Assembly: GCA_012295275.1 (NCBI GenBank)
Contig: CM022674.1
Location: forward strand, 5,208,001-5,272,000
Length of the DNA: 64,000 nt
Origin: Chrysomallon squamiferum
Taxonomy: Eukaryota; Animalia; Mollusca
Reading direction: 5' to 3'
Made by a program: the position numbers and the translations under genes. Of this stretch, positions 44,591-59,663 are shown piece by piece. The notes under the pieces are model-generated. The model saw only the letters and a program-made list of their open reading frames with translations. It made no database searches and was not told the DNA's origin. Within the stretch, counting starts at the first letter, position 1; the number at the start of each line of letters is the position of its first letter.

Positions 44591-45598
44591 AAATAAACAA
44601 TAATAAATATATAAATAAGAATAATAATGACAGAGTGACATTTGAGTTTCATCTAAAAACGGGTTAATTAAGCGAAAATTATTGTTTGAAATCTGACGAT
44701 GTAAATAAACAAACGTACATAAATATTTATTCAGTAATTCATTACCTATTTCATTATTGTAAGTTATTTGTTATTTTATTTGTTCTTTAAATTATTTTCC
44801 TATTTATAAGAATAATATTTGTTAATACTTACTGAACACTTATCACAATAAATTGTACTTATTTGACTCAATTTATCATTTGTTTTGATATAAATATATT
44901 TTAATGGTATACTCTGTTTGTTACCTGGTTCAGTGATTTCTGTTATTTTTACCTTAATAAGTTATATGTTACCAGTTCGTTAAAGTTAATGTATTTGTTA
45001 TATACATATAAAGATATGTTTAATGTATGTACATTCTTTTCCTGTAGAATGGATATGGTGTTCATACAGAACATTTTATATTTTATATATTAATATATAG
45101 ATACGTTACATTTCCTATAAAACTTAATGTTTTTGTAATATACGAATTGACACCAACTTTAGCATGCAGGTTATGTTTCCTCTAAAACGTTACACAAAAT
45201 GTATTCGTTTTATGAAGAGTAAAAATATATATATATATACATGGACATGATGATGTATGAATCCAAGAATTAATCCTGTGTAGCTTGTACGTAATATATA
45301 ATCCTACAAAATGAATTCATTTGTAAAATACGAATTAATATTTGATGTACGTTACACTCCTATAACGTCAGTTTATTTGTAATATAGGAATTCGGACACG
45401 TGATTTTCCTATAAAATTAATATATTAGTCTACATTAATGTATTGCAGTTCACGAACGTTTTGTATCCCAAGGAGTTAAATTATTATTCATGGAGGAATT
45501 AATATCTGGCAGTGCAGTGTATATGTCCAGCAAGTATAACCTTTTTAAATATGCACGCCGATTTGTTCTGGGTATTTGTTTATGTGTAAATATTTATG

Positions 45599-45671
<73 letters not shown>

Positions 45672-46117
45672 TGTGTACGTGTGCTGTGCGTGAATACGAA
45701 GAATAAAATAAACTTGAATAAAAAATATAAATCAAAGAAACAAAAATAAGAACAAAATAAAAAATTAATAAAAACAAATATCAAAAACATAACTAACTAA
45801 CTAAATAAATAAATAAATAAATAAATAAGGAAATAAATAAATAAATAAATAAATAAATAAAAAACAGAAAGCTAGCACGAATCTTTTGCGATCACATGAC
45901 GAATAGAAATCCGAAGTGATGTGACAAATACATATGTGTTTGGGAAGTAATAGCTGGTATTATCTGCCAGTGTAACGGCTTTAGATCAGTGTTGTTTACC
46001 GCCTCTTGATTCAGTTATATACAGGGAAAATAAAAAAAAAGATGGACAGGAAAAGGAGCGTGCGATAGGAGAGGAAATTTCGAGATAAACAAACACGAAA
46101 GGAATAGAGCGTGTATT

Positions 46118-46216
<99 letters not shown>

Positions 46217-46595
46217 ATGAGAAAATTGTAAGGATAAAAAAAGAGAACATAGGAATGTTTATTACAGAAAGGTTTTAAAAAGTCAAGACGAAAGAATAAA
46301 TGAAAGAGGTATACAGCGAGATACACAGAAAAAGAGAGGGATTGAAATAAAGGTAGAGATACAGATAGAAATAGAGAAGGATAAGAGATCGAGAGATTAG
46401 GAATAACGGAAACAGAGAGACAGTGAAAAAAAAAAAATAAGTCAGAAAAGAAAGTACAAAAGAAAGGAAGAAAGAAAAGGAGAGACAAACACAGAAATAG
46501 GGAGGAGAGAAAAAAAAAAATCGGGGAAAGAGAACTAACTCTGTAAAAACAGTCGTTCTGATAAACTGATAAAATTGAAAAAAACCATATCTTAC

Positions 46596-46892
46596 TTGGT
46601 TCAGTCGTAAACTCCACTTCATTGCTAACGTTACTCGTTGTCCCAGTAATATCCAGCGAAACCATGAATGCTCTGTACGTCTGGCCGGCTAACAAGCCGC
46701 GAAGCTTAAAATGCCTTCGGTAACCATCGATTCCCTGGGTTATACGGAAAGTGCCGATGGGCGAGTTCACCAGATCGTACGTAACCTCGAACCGAAGTAT
46801 CCGTCTTCCGTCACCCGAGACTATCCAGCCGAGAGTGGCCGAAGTCGCGTGGATCGCGAATATCGTCAGATTGCCAGGGGGCGGAACTCCAT
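46596..46892 (-). CDS. Gene B fibronectin type III domain exon (xGVPPPGNLTIFAIHATSATLGWIVSGDGRRILRFEVTYDLVNSPIGTFRITQGIDGYRRHFKLRGLLAGQTYRAFMVSLDITGTTSNVSNEVEFTTEP)
   Basis: tttttttttgcag acceptor, 297 nt symmetric phase 1/1, A|GTAAGA donor. FN3 hallmarks: PxNL, strand-B Trp, LxGLxxxxxY tyrosine corner, terminal S..V.FTT. Confidence 0.92.
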
Positions 46893-47440
46893 CTGCAAAA
46901 AAAACAATACGATAGGAGAAGAGTTTTGCTTATTATGAGAGTATTGGTCGCTCATAATTTATTAATAAATACCTTCCGTAGAAGTGAGCGCGCAACGAAA
47001 TTAACTGTCGACGCTCCTTGCTTTTAATCCTGCGCAGTCGGAAAGGCGAAATTGTAATCAAACAGTTTGACCCCACTGACCTCCCTTTGTTCACAGAATG
47101 TCGTCTGCTAGTGTTGATGGGTTTTATTAACGGTCTGCTGTGTTGAAATGCAGTGCCAGTGTTACTGGTGGGCGGGTAATGTGCACGGGGGAGGCGGAAA
47201 GGGGGAGAAAGCATGAATGAAAACGGAAAACATAAATGTCTGATTTCCTTTAGATACTTTTCTCATGGTAATATTCGTGAATCGAGAGGCTGCAGACAGA
47301 AATGCAGCTTCGTAATAATCATCACTAACTAGCGTATTATCGTCAAGAGCAGATAACTATTCTTAAATTACTATTATCATAACAAATACTATTATTACTC
47401 GTCCTATAATATTATTATTATCATTATCATTATTATTAAC

Positions 47441-47527
<87 letters not shown>

Positions 47528-48317
47528 ACTGATAGTATAGTTAATGGATAAGAAGAAGAACAACAACAACAACAATGCAACAACAACCACAACAACAACA
47601 ACAAATATCCCAAAACTCCAATATCAGTCTGAATATAAACTTTTATAGCTAATTATATATACTTTTATTCATCATCATCATCATCCCGATATCATAATCA
47701 GTTTCATCACGTCATCATCACCATTATCACAGTTGCATTTTCTACAAGGTCGCCGTCGTAATCGATAAAGAAGGCTCACCACAACTGCAGTAATCATCAT
47801 CATCATCATCATCATCGGTATTATAATTATGGCTACCATAAAATATTTTCTTAACGTTATCGTTATAGTCGGCAATTATCATCGTCGTTGCAGTTGTTGT
47901 CATGGTCACTGCGAAAGTAGACGTTACGGACGATAAACAAAGTCATCATCATCATCATCATCATCATCATTTTTTTACTGACAACAAACAAGAGTAAATC
48001 AGAAGGGAAAATAAATAAAATAAAAATAAAGAAAAACCTCAGAGGACTAAAAGAACAAGAAGTTGACGTTTTTAACTAAAATTTATCAAAGAGAGTGGAA
48101 ATGACAGCAGTAAAGTTTACCTTTCATGTTTGCTGTTAAAGTTTGCAACTTGACATTTGCTTTTTTGTTAAAGAAGGATATTGCTATTTTCTTTTGTTTT
48201 AATCTTAGACACCAACAACAACAACAAAAAATAGAAAGAACAACAAAAAAAAAAAAAAAAATAAAAGTAAAAATAAAAAAATTTAAAAAAAATTTTTAAT
48301 AAAAAAAAAATAATAAA

Positions 48318-48371
<54 letters not shown>

Positions 48372-49204
48372 CGTAATAGTAATAATAATAATAATAATAA
48401 ATAAATAAATAATAAAAATCACGTGGTCAGTAACACCTTGTGTTATTTATTTATTTGTATATTTAAACTAAGAATATATATATATTTATTTCTTATATAT
48501 ATATACATACATACATACATACATACATAGATAGATAGATAGATAGATAGATAAGAAACAAACAAACACGAAAAGAAAAGAAAAGAAATGAAAGGCTATA
48601 AGTAAAGATAATCGTAACGTAGTTTATACGTTTCTCACATTGCTGTTGGTATCTGACTGGTTTTATCTCACACTAGATCTTATCTGTCACGACTCTCAAG
48701 CCAGTCCATTCAGAAAATTACAAATACACCTGCGCTACAGACAAACACGAACAAAACAGAAGCAACCAACCCGTTTGTTAGATGCAAAAGTTTTACTTTC
48801 AGCCGGTACTGGAGTTTTGGATATTTGTTGGTAAACAATTCTAACGTTTTTTAATAAACAGAGATGGGGTGTGGGGTTGGTAGATACGTAAATATATGTA
48901 CGGGACGTAGATATATATACATATTAGATGATTAGATAGATAGATAAACAGAAGAGTGTGTATATGTGTGTGTGTGTGTACATATATAAACAGATGATAG
49001 ATAAAGAGAGATAGATATATTGATATGTTCAGAAGTTGTAGATAGATGGATAGAAAGATACATAGATAGATAGACAGATTGATACATAGAAAGACAGACA
49101 GATAGATAGATAGACAGATAAATAGATAGATAGAGAGAAACAGACAGACAGGTAGTCAAATAATAGATACATATATAGAGAGATAGACAGACAGATAGGT
49201 AGAT

Positions 49205-49235
<31 letters not shown>

Positions 49236-50662
49236 TAGATAGATAGATAGATAGATAGACGGACAAAAAGCAATAATGCCTTTAGTGACATTATTGTTTT
49301 CAGAACAATTACCACTACTATTATTAGTAATAATAGTAGTAGTAGTGATAGTGGTAGTAGTAATAGTAGTAGCTGTAGTAGTAGTAATAGTAGTACAGTA
49401 CTACTAGTAGTAGTTCTAGTAGTAGTAATAGTAGTAGTTCTAGTAGTAGTAATAGTAGTAGTGATAGTGGTAGTAGTAATAGTTGTAGCTGTAGTGGTAG
49501 TAGTAAAACGACAATAAAATGTGTAGCAATATTATTGGTAACTGAAACAGTAGTTGTGTAACACCAGCATCAGTAATAACAACAACAATAACAACAACAA
49601 CAACAACAACATCAATAATAATAATAGTAATAATAGTAATAGTAGCGGTAGTAATAGTCGCAGTAGTAACAGTAGCAGTGGTAATAGCAAACAGAAATAG
49701 TAATAATAATAAATAAAAAAAGAGAGCAGAACACGAAAACATGCAAAAACACCTACCGACATCAGCCTCAGCGTTTTAGACATTAATCAGTCGTTTGACC
49801 CAGTTTTCAAAAATCGAAACGTAAAAAAAAACTCTCAATGGATTGTTTCTTTTCAAGTGAGTGAAAGCTGACCTTTTCTTTAATACTGACATTTTCTCGT
49901 TGTGAATAATTTAGTAGCTCTTATTCAAATGACTAGGTAGAAAATTGCCGCTGCTGATACGGGCCGGACATCGATGTCTGAGGTATTCAGAAAGTTTGCA
50001 TTATGGTCTTTGCAGGCGTTAAGATTAAAGGCGTAATCGCACGGTTCCACTTGTTTGAACAGTCGTTCGGTAATCTAAAGGCATGGTCAGACAGTACGAT
50101 TTTCATGACGATTCAAAAAAAAAAATGTAAAGATGTCATCATACAAACTGATTTGTGGTAACGGCTGCAAGATTTAAAGTTTTTTTTGTAACATGGTGGA
50201 GATTGTTATAAGGATTAACAAAACAAATTTAACGTAGTGGACAAAATGGCATTACGAATTTTGCCTGCTTCGGATTTATGGTTTTGTTTACTTCTGCCAA
50301 ACTTTGCTAATAATAAAGTATGAGAAAAATATATTAATAATAATAATAATAATAATAATAATTTCTAAAAACGTCACTACACCATCATCACCACTGCAAC
50401 TACCATAGACAGTAATACTACCACTATCACAACAGCATCACCATTACGACTGTGATTACATTACTATCACCACTACTACTGTCACTACACCATCACCAAC
50501 TACGATCAATCATTACCACTGCAACTGTTACTACACCAACACAACTACATATATCATTACATCATTACCTCTACAACTAATACCACGGCAACACCACTAC
50601 AAATACCACTACCACTACGACTACCTCACACGTATCATCAGCACAATGACCACCTTCACTAC

Positions 50663-50717
<55 letters not shown>

Positions 50718-50730
50718 CACACAGTCACAC

Positions 50731-50763
<33 letters not shown>

Positions 50764-50977
50764 GTCACACACGCACACACACACACACACACACACAGTC
50801 ACACACACACAAACACAGAATACGTTAACTTTATCTTCCTTACTAAAAAATACTGAAACAATTAACAATCACTCAGTGGAAAAAACATGTGCACAATAGC
50901 TATTATATCAGTGATTTAATGGCATTTTTTGTTATTTTTGTTTGCTCTTAACTTTTTTTTTTTTTTTTTTTTTTATT

Positions 50978-51027
<50 letters not shown>

Positions 51028-51427
51028 TTTTATCATTATCATTATCTATCTTAATGGATTACCGTACTTCAATATTCTAGGCTTTGTTTATACATATAGA
51101 TTTTTGCTAATGTACACAAACACATGAAAACACACGCCGTTTTTCACTATTGTTATTGTTTCTGTTATCATCATCATCATCTCATTACTTCTGTTATTAT
51201 TATTACTGTTGTTGTTGCGTTATTATTAATATTATAATTGTAATTATTATTATTATTATTGTTATTATTGCTGTTATTGTTATTATTGTCATTATTATTT
51301 TTTGATATTGCTGTTGCTAATGCTTTTTTGTTTGTCTTGTTTTTGTTCTTGTTGTTTGAACATTTGTAGAACTGAAGCGTATCTACCATTACATCTACTA
51401 CCATGACATCCACCTATCTGCTAGAAC

Positions 51428-51597
51428 TACTACTACAACTACTACTACTACTTTTACCACCACTACTATTATTTCTACTACTAGCACTACTACAACTGCT
51501 AATGCTACTATTAATAATCTTACCACTACCATTACCATTATTACTACCACCACCATCACCATCACTACTACTGCTACTGCTACCGAAACCACTACTG

Positions 51598-51632
<35 letters not shown>

Positions 51633-51726
51633 GCTACTGTTACTACTACTGTTACTGTTACTACTACTACTACTGCTACTACTACTGCTACTGTTACTAC
51701 TACTGCTACTACTACTACTACTGCTG

Positions 51727-51774
<48 letters not shown>

Positions 51775-51857
51775 TACTACTACTACCACTACTACTACTA
51801 CTACTATTTACTACTACTTTACTACTGCTACTACTACTACTACTACTACTACTACTG

Positions 51858-51950
<93 letters not shown>

Positions 51951-51951
51951 T
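51428..51951. repeat. (ACT)n compound trinucleotide microsatellite
   Basis: Directly visible; source of spurious poly-L/Y/S/V ORFs. Confidence 0.97.
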
Positions 51952-52665
51952 CGTTAAAATAATTGTACAAGTAATTCATTAACACGCAGCAACAGACGTA
52001 ACAATCTTTATACCTGCGACAGCATCACCACCAACAACAGCAGAATACTACCATCAACATCATCATCATCATTATCATTATTACAGTCATTAACAATACA
52101 ACGAAAATTAATAAATATTTACAACAGTCTTTGCAGAAAAAAATAATTAAATGCGCATAAACACTGACAGCATCATAAACAACCACAACAACAGTAACGT
52201 CATCAGCATCATGATGATGACCATCATCATTACATTATTATGAATACGAAGAAAATTAAATACATAGTCATGACAGTCCTTACACCAGTGACAGCATCAT
52301 CATCATCATCAACAACGACAGTAACATCATCAACAACGACAGTAACATCATCATCATCATCGTCAATGATTATTATTACAATAAAAATAAAATAAAATAA
52401 ATAATAGTGTAGTACGCGTGCATTACGTGATTCGCTGGCTAGTGCTGAGGGAGTTTCTGTCGGACAGAATTGATTTCTGGTGTTGTTCTCAGCCAGTCAG
52501 AATTCACTGTTGTGTATTCAACACGTCCGTTTTCAAGTGTAACGTGATGTCACATCACGAAATCGTTGGTTCCATTATAGATTCTTAATTATTTTTTAAC
52601 ACACTGTAATAATACACTTAGGATGTGTGACCTATTTATTGCATGATTTATTTATTCTGTTCACC

Positions 52666-52774
<109 letters not shown>

Positions 52775-52880
52775 CCTCCCTCCCTCCCTCCCCCTCTCTC
52801 TTTTTCTCTCTCTCTCCCTCCCCCTCTCTCCCTCCCCCCTCCCTCCCCCCTCTCTCTTTCTCTCTCTCACCTCCCCCCCT

Positions 52881-52957
<77 letters not shown>

Positions 52958-53081
52958 AAACATTGATTATTTGCTTTTTTATATCTGTTTCTATCTACCT
53001 GTATATCTATCTATCTATCTATCTTCTTATCTATCTACCTACCTACTTACCTCACTATCTACCCACCTACCTATCTATCTA

Positions 53082-53118
<37 letters not shown>

Positions 53119-53829
53119 TTATCTATCTATCTACCTATCTATCTATATAGCTATATATATATATACACCTCTCTCTCTTCTTCTTCTTCTTCTCTTTCTC
53201 TCTCTCTCTCTCTCCCTTTCTCTCTAATACACACACACATATACACACACATGCATACAAATGCGATATACATCACTAACAGCAAGACAACAAATGACAT
53301 AATAATATATTTGTTATATCACGTGCTAATATATCAATGTTGATTTTAATAAATATTCCTAATTATCAAGCGTAAAAGTCTAAATATTTTTATCCCTTCT
53401 GGCTCTAACCAAAGTTAATTACCTGTTTGCCAAACAAAACCCCCAGAAATAACAATATCTATCCTGTACATCATTTCCAAATAAGCTTATAAAACTAATA
53501 TATTTTCACCTATACGAGCTAATGTTTCTTTGCACAGGACTTAGAAATCTCGGTAAAACGGAACAAATCCAATTAGTGCAGGGAGGTAAACACTTATGTT
53601 GTATAGCATATCGCTGTACAGTGCTTCAAGGGTCATGTTGTCGAAATGTTAAATCTGATGAAATCCCTCGCTTGAAGTTCAAGAGACTGGAACATGAAGA
53701 GGACTTTCATCTGAAGTCAAAATTAACAGGTCAACGAGAAGGCAACAACGAGGTCAGTAATGAATAGGTCAACAAAACAGAAAACCACCTGAGGTAAAAA
53801 TTAACAAACCAGTTAGAAGACTGCAATAA

Positions 53830-53988
<159 letters not shown>

Positions 53989-55018
53989 TATATGTATATA
54001 TATGTGTGTGTATGTCTGTGTGTTTTATATATATATATATATATATATTACACACACACATACACATATATATGCATATATATGTATGTATGTTTGTATG
54101 TCTCATGTATGAGTGAGTGTTCTTTCTGTGTGTATATATGTATGCATATATGTATATATATATATATATACGTACGTATGTATGTATATATGTATGTTAT
54201 GTATGTATATGTGTATTTACAATGCCTTAGCTACACTTTAAAATTGTGTACTTAGCAGAATATTAACCAAACGTCTGATTCAACAGCACGTTCTTTAGCT
54301 TTTTCTCAGTGGACGTATGCATCTACATTTGTGTGTGTTTTTCTGTCTGCCAGTCTGTGCGTGCATTTTTATATTTATACTGATATCCACTTATTTGGTT
54401 TTAAAGTGAAAACATTCATAACTAAGTAAAAGAAGAAAAACAAATGCAAACAGAAAATTTAATCCAGACTAACGTATTAGTATTGTAATTGTTCAAAAGC
54501 TCTAGAGGTTGTTTTTATTATAAATGTGTTTGAAAATATCCTAAACTGAGATTGTTAAAAATTACGCATAATGTGATTTTGAACACAAGATGACATGCTG
54601 TCACAGAAGAATCATGTTTCAGCAAATTGTATTCTACAAAGCAATTTTGTTTTGAATTATCGAAAAAATAAAAAAACCTACAACAACAAAAAAAAAAGAA
54701 AAGAAAAAAGAGTGTAATTTTTAAAATAATCTGTTTCATTCGTCATTTGAAAGCGTGCTGTCATTATGAAGAAATTTTCAAGTGGTTGCAGGTTATTTGT
54801 GTTATTGTTGTCATTGTTAGTTATAGAAATGTACGAACTTGTGGAGAGTTATCATGCACGCTTTTATAACGATCAGGTTTTTTTTTAACTTTTTTAATGA
54901 TTCAAAAACAACAATAATAACAGCAGCAATAATAATAATATTAACGTATGTATGTATGCGTATGTACGTTTGTGTGTATGTATGTAGTATTATATTCTGT
55001 GATTGACAGAGCGAATGG

Positions 55019-55178
<160 letters not shown>

Positions 55179-55917
55179 ACCGACCACTTTTCACCTTTAT
55201 TTCGACCGATGAATCACAGACTTCGACCGATGAATCACAGAACTTAACAACGAAGAAAATATAATATTTCTAATGCTTTTTAATGGTTTTCGTAAAAAAA
55301 AAATTAATAATAAAAGATATAAAAAAACACAGAAGAAAACAGTCTCTCCACCGATAGTAATAATATGATTAAAAAAAGAAGAAAAAAAAAAAAAAAAAGG
55401 AAAACAACACCAGTAACAAAAAATAATAATAATAATAAAAGTTAATAAAATAATAATAAAAATATAAATATAATTAAAAATAAAGTAAAATAAATAAATA
55501 AGTAAATAAAATAAAACAAATAAATAAATAAATAGATAAATAAAAAAAATAAATATATAAATAAATAATAAAAAATAAAAATAAAATCGAAATAAAAAAT
55601 AGAAAAAAATGACAAAGTGAAATGACTAATGGATTAGATTGCTCGAGTGATTGATTGAGAATCCAGTTGAACGTTTCTGTAGTGTTGCTTTATAACTGAT
55701 TAAGACTGGAAATTGAAAAAAAAAAAAAAAGAAGAAAAAGAAAAAGATATAATAAAAATCCAAAATCTATACAAGAAATGTCTATAATGCTTTTAGGAAC
55801 AGAAATAAGCAAAAAAAAAAAAATCCAAAATAAATTTTAAAAAAAAGAAGAAATAATATAATAATTTCTCTTCAGTTTCTTACATATATAAAAAATAAAT
55901 ACCCTGACCAGCATTTC

Positions 55918-55970
<53 letters not shown>

Positions 55971-56161
55971 CTATATTGAAATGTTATAAGTAATTATTAG
56001 TTCAATAATTTACCTATTTATCATCTTTATGTCATCGTAATCGAAATATTTCTTCTTCTTATTATTATTATTATTGTTGTTGTTGCTGTTGTTGTTGTTG
56101 CATTTGCCGCATTATGATTGTTACACTAATACTGCTATTAATACTACTACTACTGCTGCTG

Positions 56162-56232
<71 letters not shown>

Positions 56233-57338
56233 GTTGTTACTATTACTGTTACTACTATTATTATTACCAACATAATCAATACTGCTGCTGCTACTACTAC
56301 TACTAGAACTACTACTACTACTACTAATACTACCACTGCTGTTAGAACTACTACCAGCACTACCATTAACAACGGACAATATTATTTCACGCCTGTCTGA
56401 TTCTCAAACCTTTCTTCTGAAACAAATTCAAGAACCTTGCATTCAGTCGTCTCCTTCAGTATCCCCACAACAGTTGTCAAATATTTACACACATTTCCAG
56501 TTATTATTATTATTATTACTATCAGTCTTTTCATCAGTTCTGCTCAAAGCATTGTTACTCTTTTAGTTCAAGACAAATTATGTGGGCCTTTTTCACTCAA
56601 AAACAAAAACGGTCTAATTGCGACAGAACGGCTTCAGGCCACGCCGAAGGGCTTTCAGCACAATTCTTGAAAGTCTCGTTAAACGTCTATGTTTGGAACT
56701 GAAACTTTGTAATTGGGAACTCGAGAGGCTGTCTCGAGCAAAACGCGAAGGTTTCAGATAATCTCGAAAGTGTGTGGTAAGGTGTAACAAGCATATGTCA
56801 AGGATTAATCTTCGTCTTTCTCGTGGCATGTTTCCATAATGTCATAATCTTTGAAGGCGGACGTTCTCCGAGTTCGAATCCCCGTAGCAAAATTGCCAAG
56901 AATAAACTCTGGGAACCGTTTGTGATTGTTCTTTTTCTGGGGTTCTTTTCCTCTCTCTGTCCAAGAGATTGATTTTTGCCCGGAGGTATTGTAAAGTTTA
57001 GTAAAGCATAATATAGTACAGGATGATATCATATAATAATCACGGAGTGACATAAATGTAGGACAACACGGTGTAGTATAATATAATATAATATATGACG
57101 GCTAAATGCTGTATAATATAGAACAGTATTGTATAGTGTGGCATCATGCAGCAAAGAGGCATAATACAAACAATGCAGTACTGAACAATGTCACAAATAA
57201 TCTTAGTAATGAATGAATAAATGAAAATATCGGCGTACATTTAAAAGCTTATAATTAATTTTCTTTTTTGAACAAGTAAAAAAAAAAAAAAAAAAAAAAA
57301 AAATAAATAAAAAAATAAAAAATGATTTTAACACATCC

Positions 57339-57355
57339 TGACTCAGAATGAGTCA
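57339..57355. promoter_or_regulatory. Inverted pair of AP-1 sites (TGACTCA-gaa-TGAGTCA)
   Basis: Two perfect TRE heptamers, 3 bp apart. Confidence 0.35.
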
Positions 57356-58161
57356 CATGTAAGCAAAATGTTTACTAGTGTGATTCTGTTTATCGTCAAC
57401 ATATTAAAAACACAATAATAATAATAATAAAATAAAAAATTCGATAATGACAGTAGATTCATGTCCTATTGCAAAAGCAGCAATGAAGAATACCAAAAAA
57501 AAAAAAAAAAAAAAAAAAATAATAATAATTAATTAATAAAATTTTAAAACATTAAGTGAAAATAACAATGAAAGTAAGAAAGCACAAACCTAAATATATA
57601 AATAAAACAGCAATTACTTTTTTTTATTAAATATCGTCCATCGGAGGAGCCAGATTTGTTCGACGCTTCACATTAGCGTTACCATAGATACCGGCCGTTA
57701 CGTCATGGAATGCACTGTACCGTAATTGTATTTATGAATGCCGTCTGTGATGGTAACGTTTTTAAATAATTGCTTTTTACATTAACACATACGGTAAATA
57801 TGGAACATACTGATAATCATAGGATTAACAAAAAAAAAAAAAAAGGATTTCCAGCGAACTGTTCCACACATTAGATGACCACGGAATGTCAGAAAGAGCG
57901 TCCCGAGGCAACGAAAGTAAAGGTAAACAGCATTACAGTCAAACCTCGTTATTTCGAATCATCTTCAACACGGTCACATGCTTGTTGTTCTTGAGACAAC
58001 TTTACGAAAAGACTTCATTCTAGCGAATGTTTGTGTTCATTTAGTATTTCTTTTCTGTTTTTCTTTCTTTTCTTCTTTTTTTTTTAATAAAGAGTTTAAA
58101 AAGAAATGATTATATCAGTATAGTTACAAGTATATAGATATACGTGGCAATGTGCTGTCTA

Positions 58162-58224
<63 letters not shown>

Positions 58225-58401
58225 TTCTCTGTCTTTCCCTGTCTTTCTCTGTCTTTCTCTCTCTTTCTCTCTCTTTTGATTAAAAAGATTTTGTTTTCAA
58301 TGATTTTTGTTTTCTATCTACCAATGCACGATTGAGTAACATTAACCTTTACAGAAAATCGTTTATGAGAAGTTACCTTTGAATATGCATTACAATACAT
58401 T

Positions 58402-59040
58402 GTCTGTTAAATACGGGCTATACTATACGTCTGTTAAATACGGGTTATATACTGTTACGTCTGATTTAAATATACGTCTGATAAATACGCATTACACTAT
58501 ACGTCTGTTAAATACGGGTTTATACTAGACGTCTGTTAAATACGGATTTATTTTATCTGTTTAATACGGTAATATACTACACGTCTGTTAAATACGGGTA
58601 ATAAATACATCTGTTAAATTATAGACGTCTGTTTACGGATTATATTTTCAAATACGGGTTTTATGTAATATATATGTCTGTTAAATACATGTAATATACT
58701 ACACATCTGTTAAATATCGGTAATATACTAGATATCTGTTAAATATCGGTAATATTTTACACGTCTGTTAAATCTGTTTAAATACATGTTAAATAAGTTA
58801 TATATTACACTTCTGTTAAATATCGGTTATACTACACATCTGTTAAATACATGTAATATACTACACATCTGTTAAATATCGGTAATATACTACACATCTG
58901 TTAAATATCGGTAATATACTACACATTTGTTAAATACATGTAATATACTACACATCTGTTAAATACGGGTTATACTACACATCTGTTAAATACGGGTTAT
59001 ACTACACATCTGTTAAATGCCGGTTATACTACACATCTGA
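58402..59040 (+). repeat. Minisatellite array, 27-29 bp unit (atactacacatctgttaaatacgggtt)
   Basis: About 20 tandem, variably degenerate units; 27-bp periodicity at 58951/58978/59005. Confidence 0.92.
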
Positions 59041-59423
59041 GAGACTCATCGAGTAAATGTATCAGGAAAGGTTTTATCGCATTATGATGATGTGAAAATA
59101 GACATTAACTTCGGCATTATAGCTTTTTTTTGTGTGTTAACATAGAAACACAAAAGACAGCACTTAGTGGCAACCGACGCCAGATATTGACCTGAGTGTG
59201 TGGTTACTGGAGACTGGTATTTACCACAATTCACAGCGTGCAGACATTGTCATTCAGGGTTTGTATGAGATGCGACAGTTTTAGGGCTCGATTCTTCCTA
59301 AAGAATAGCTTGCAATATATTTTGAAATATATAATAACACCAGTACTAACAAAAATAACAACAACAACAACAATAATAATAATAATAATATAATAATAAA
59401 CAAACTTAAAAAAAAAGTTTAGT

Positions 59424-59663
59424 TAAACAAGTATTTAACAAATGTATAGCATAACCCGTATTTAACATACGTATAGTATATCTTGTATTTAACAGACATT
59501 AATATAGCCCGTATTTAACAGATGTGCAGTATAACATATATTAAACATCCGTGTTGTAAAACCAATATTTGTGTTGTATATCCTGTACTTAATAAACGTA
59601 TATTAAAACAAGTATTTAACAGATATATAATACAACCCGTATTTAACGAACATATAGTATATT
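59424..59663 (-). repeat. Inverted array of the same 27-bp unit (aacccgtatttaacagatgtg...)
   Basis: Reverse-complement units, e.g. cccgtatttaacagatgtgcagtata near 59508-59533. Confidence 0.85.

Noticed and set aside
52013-52080. Hydrophobic stretch SILLLLVVMLSQ|GTATAA as the missing signal-peptide exon of Gene B
   Set aside because: Phase 0 rather than the required phase 1, no in-frame Met nearby, and it lies in a degenerate CAT/CAA repeat.
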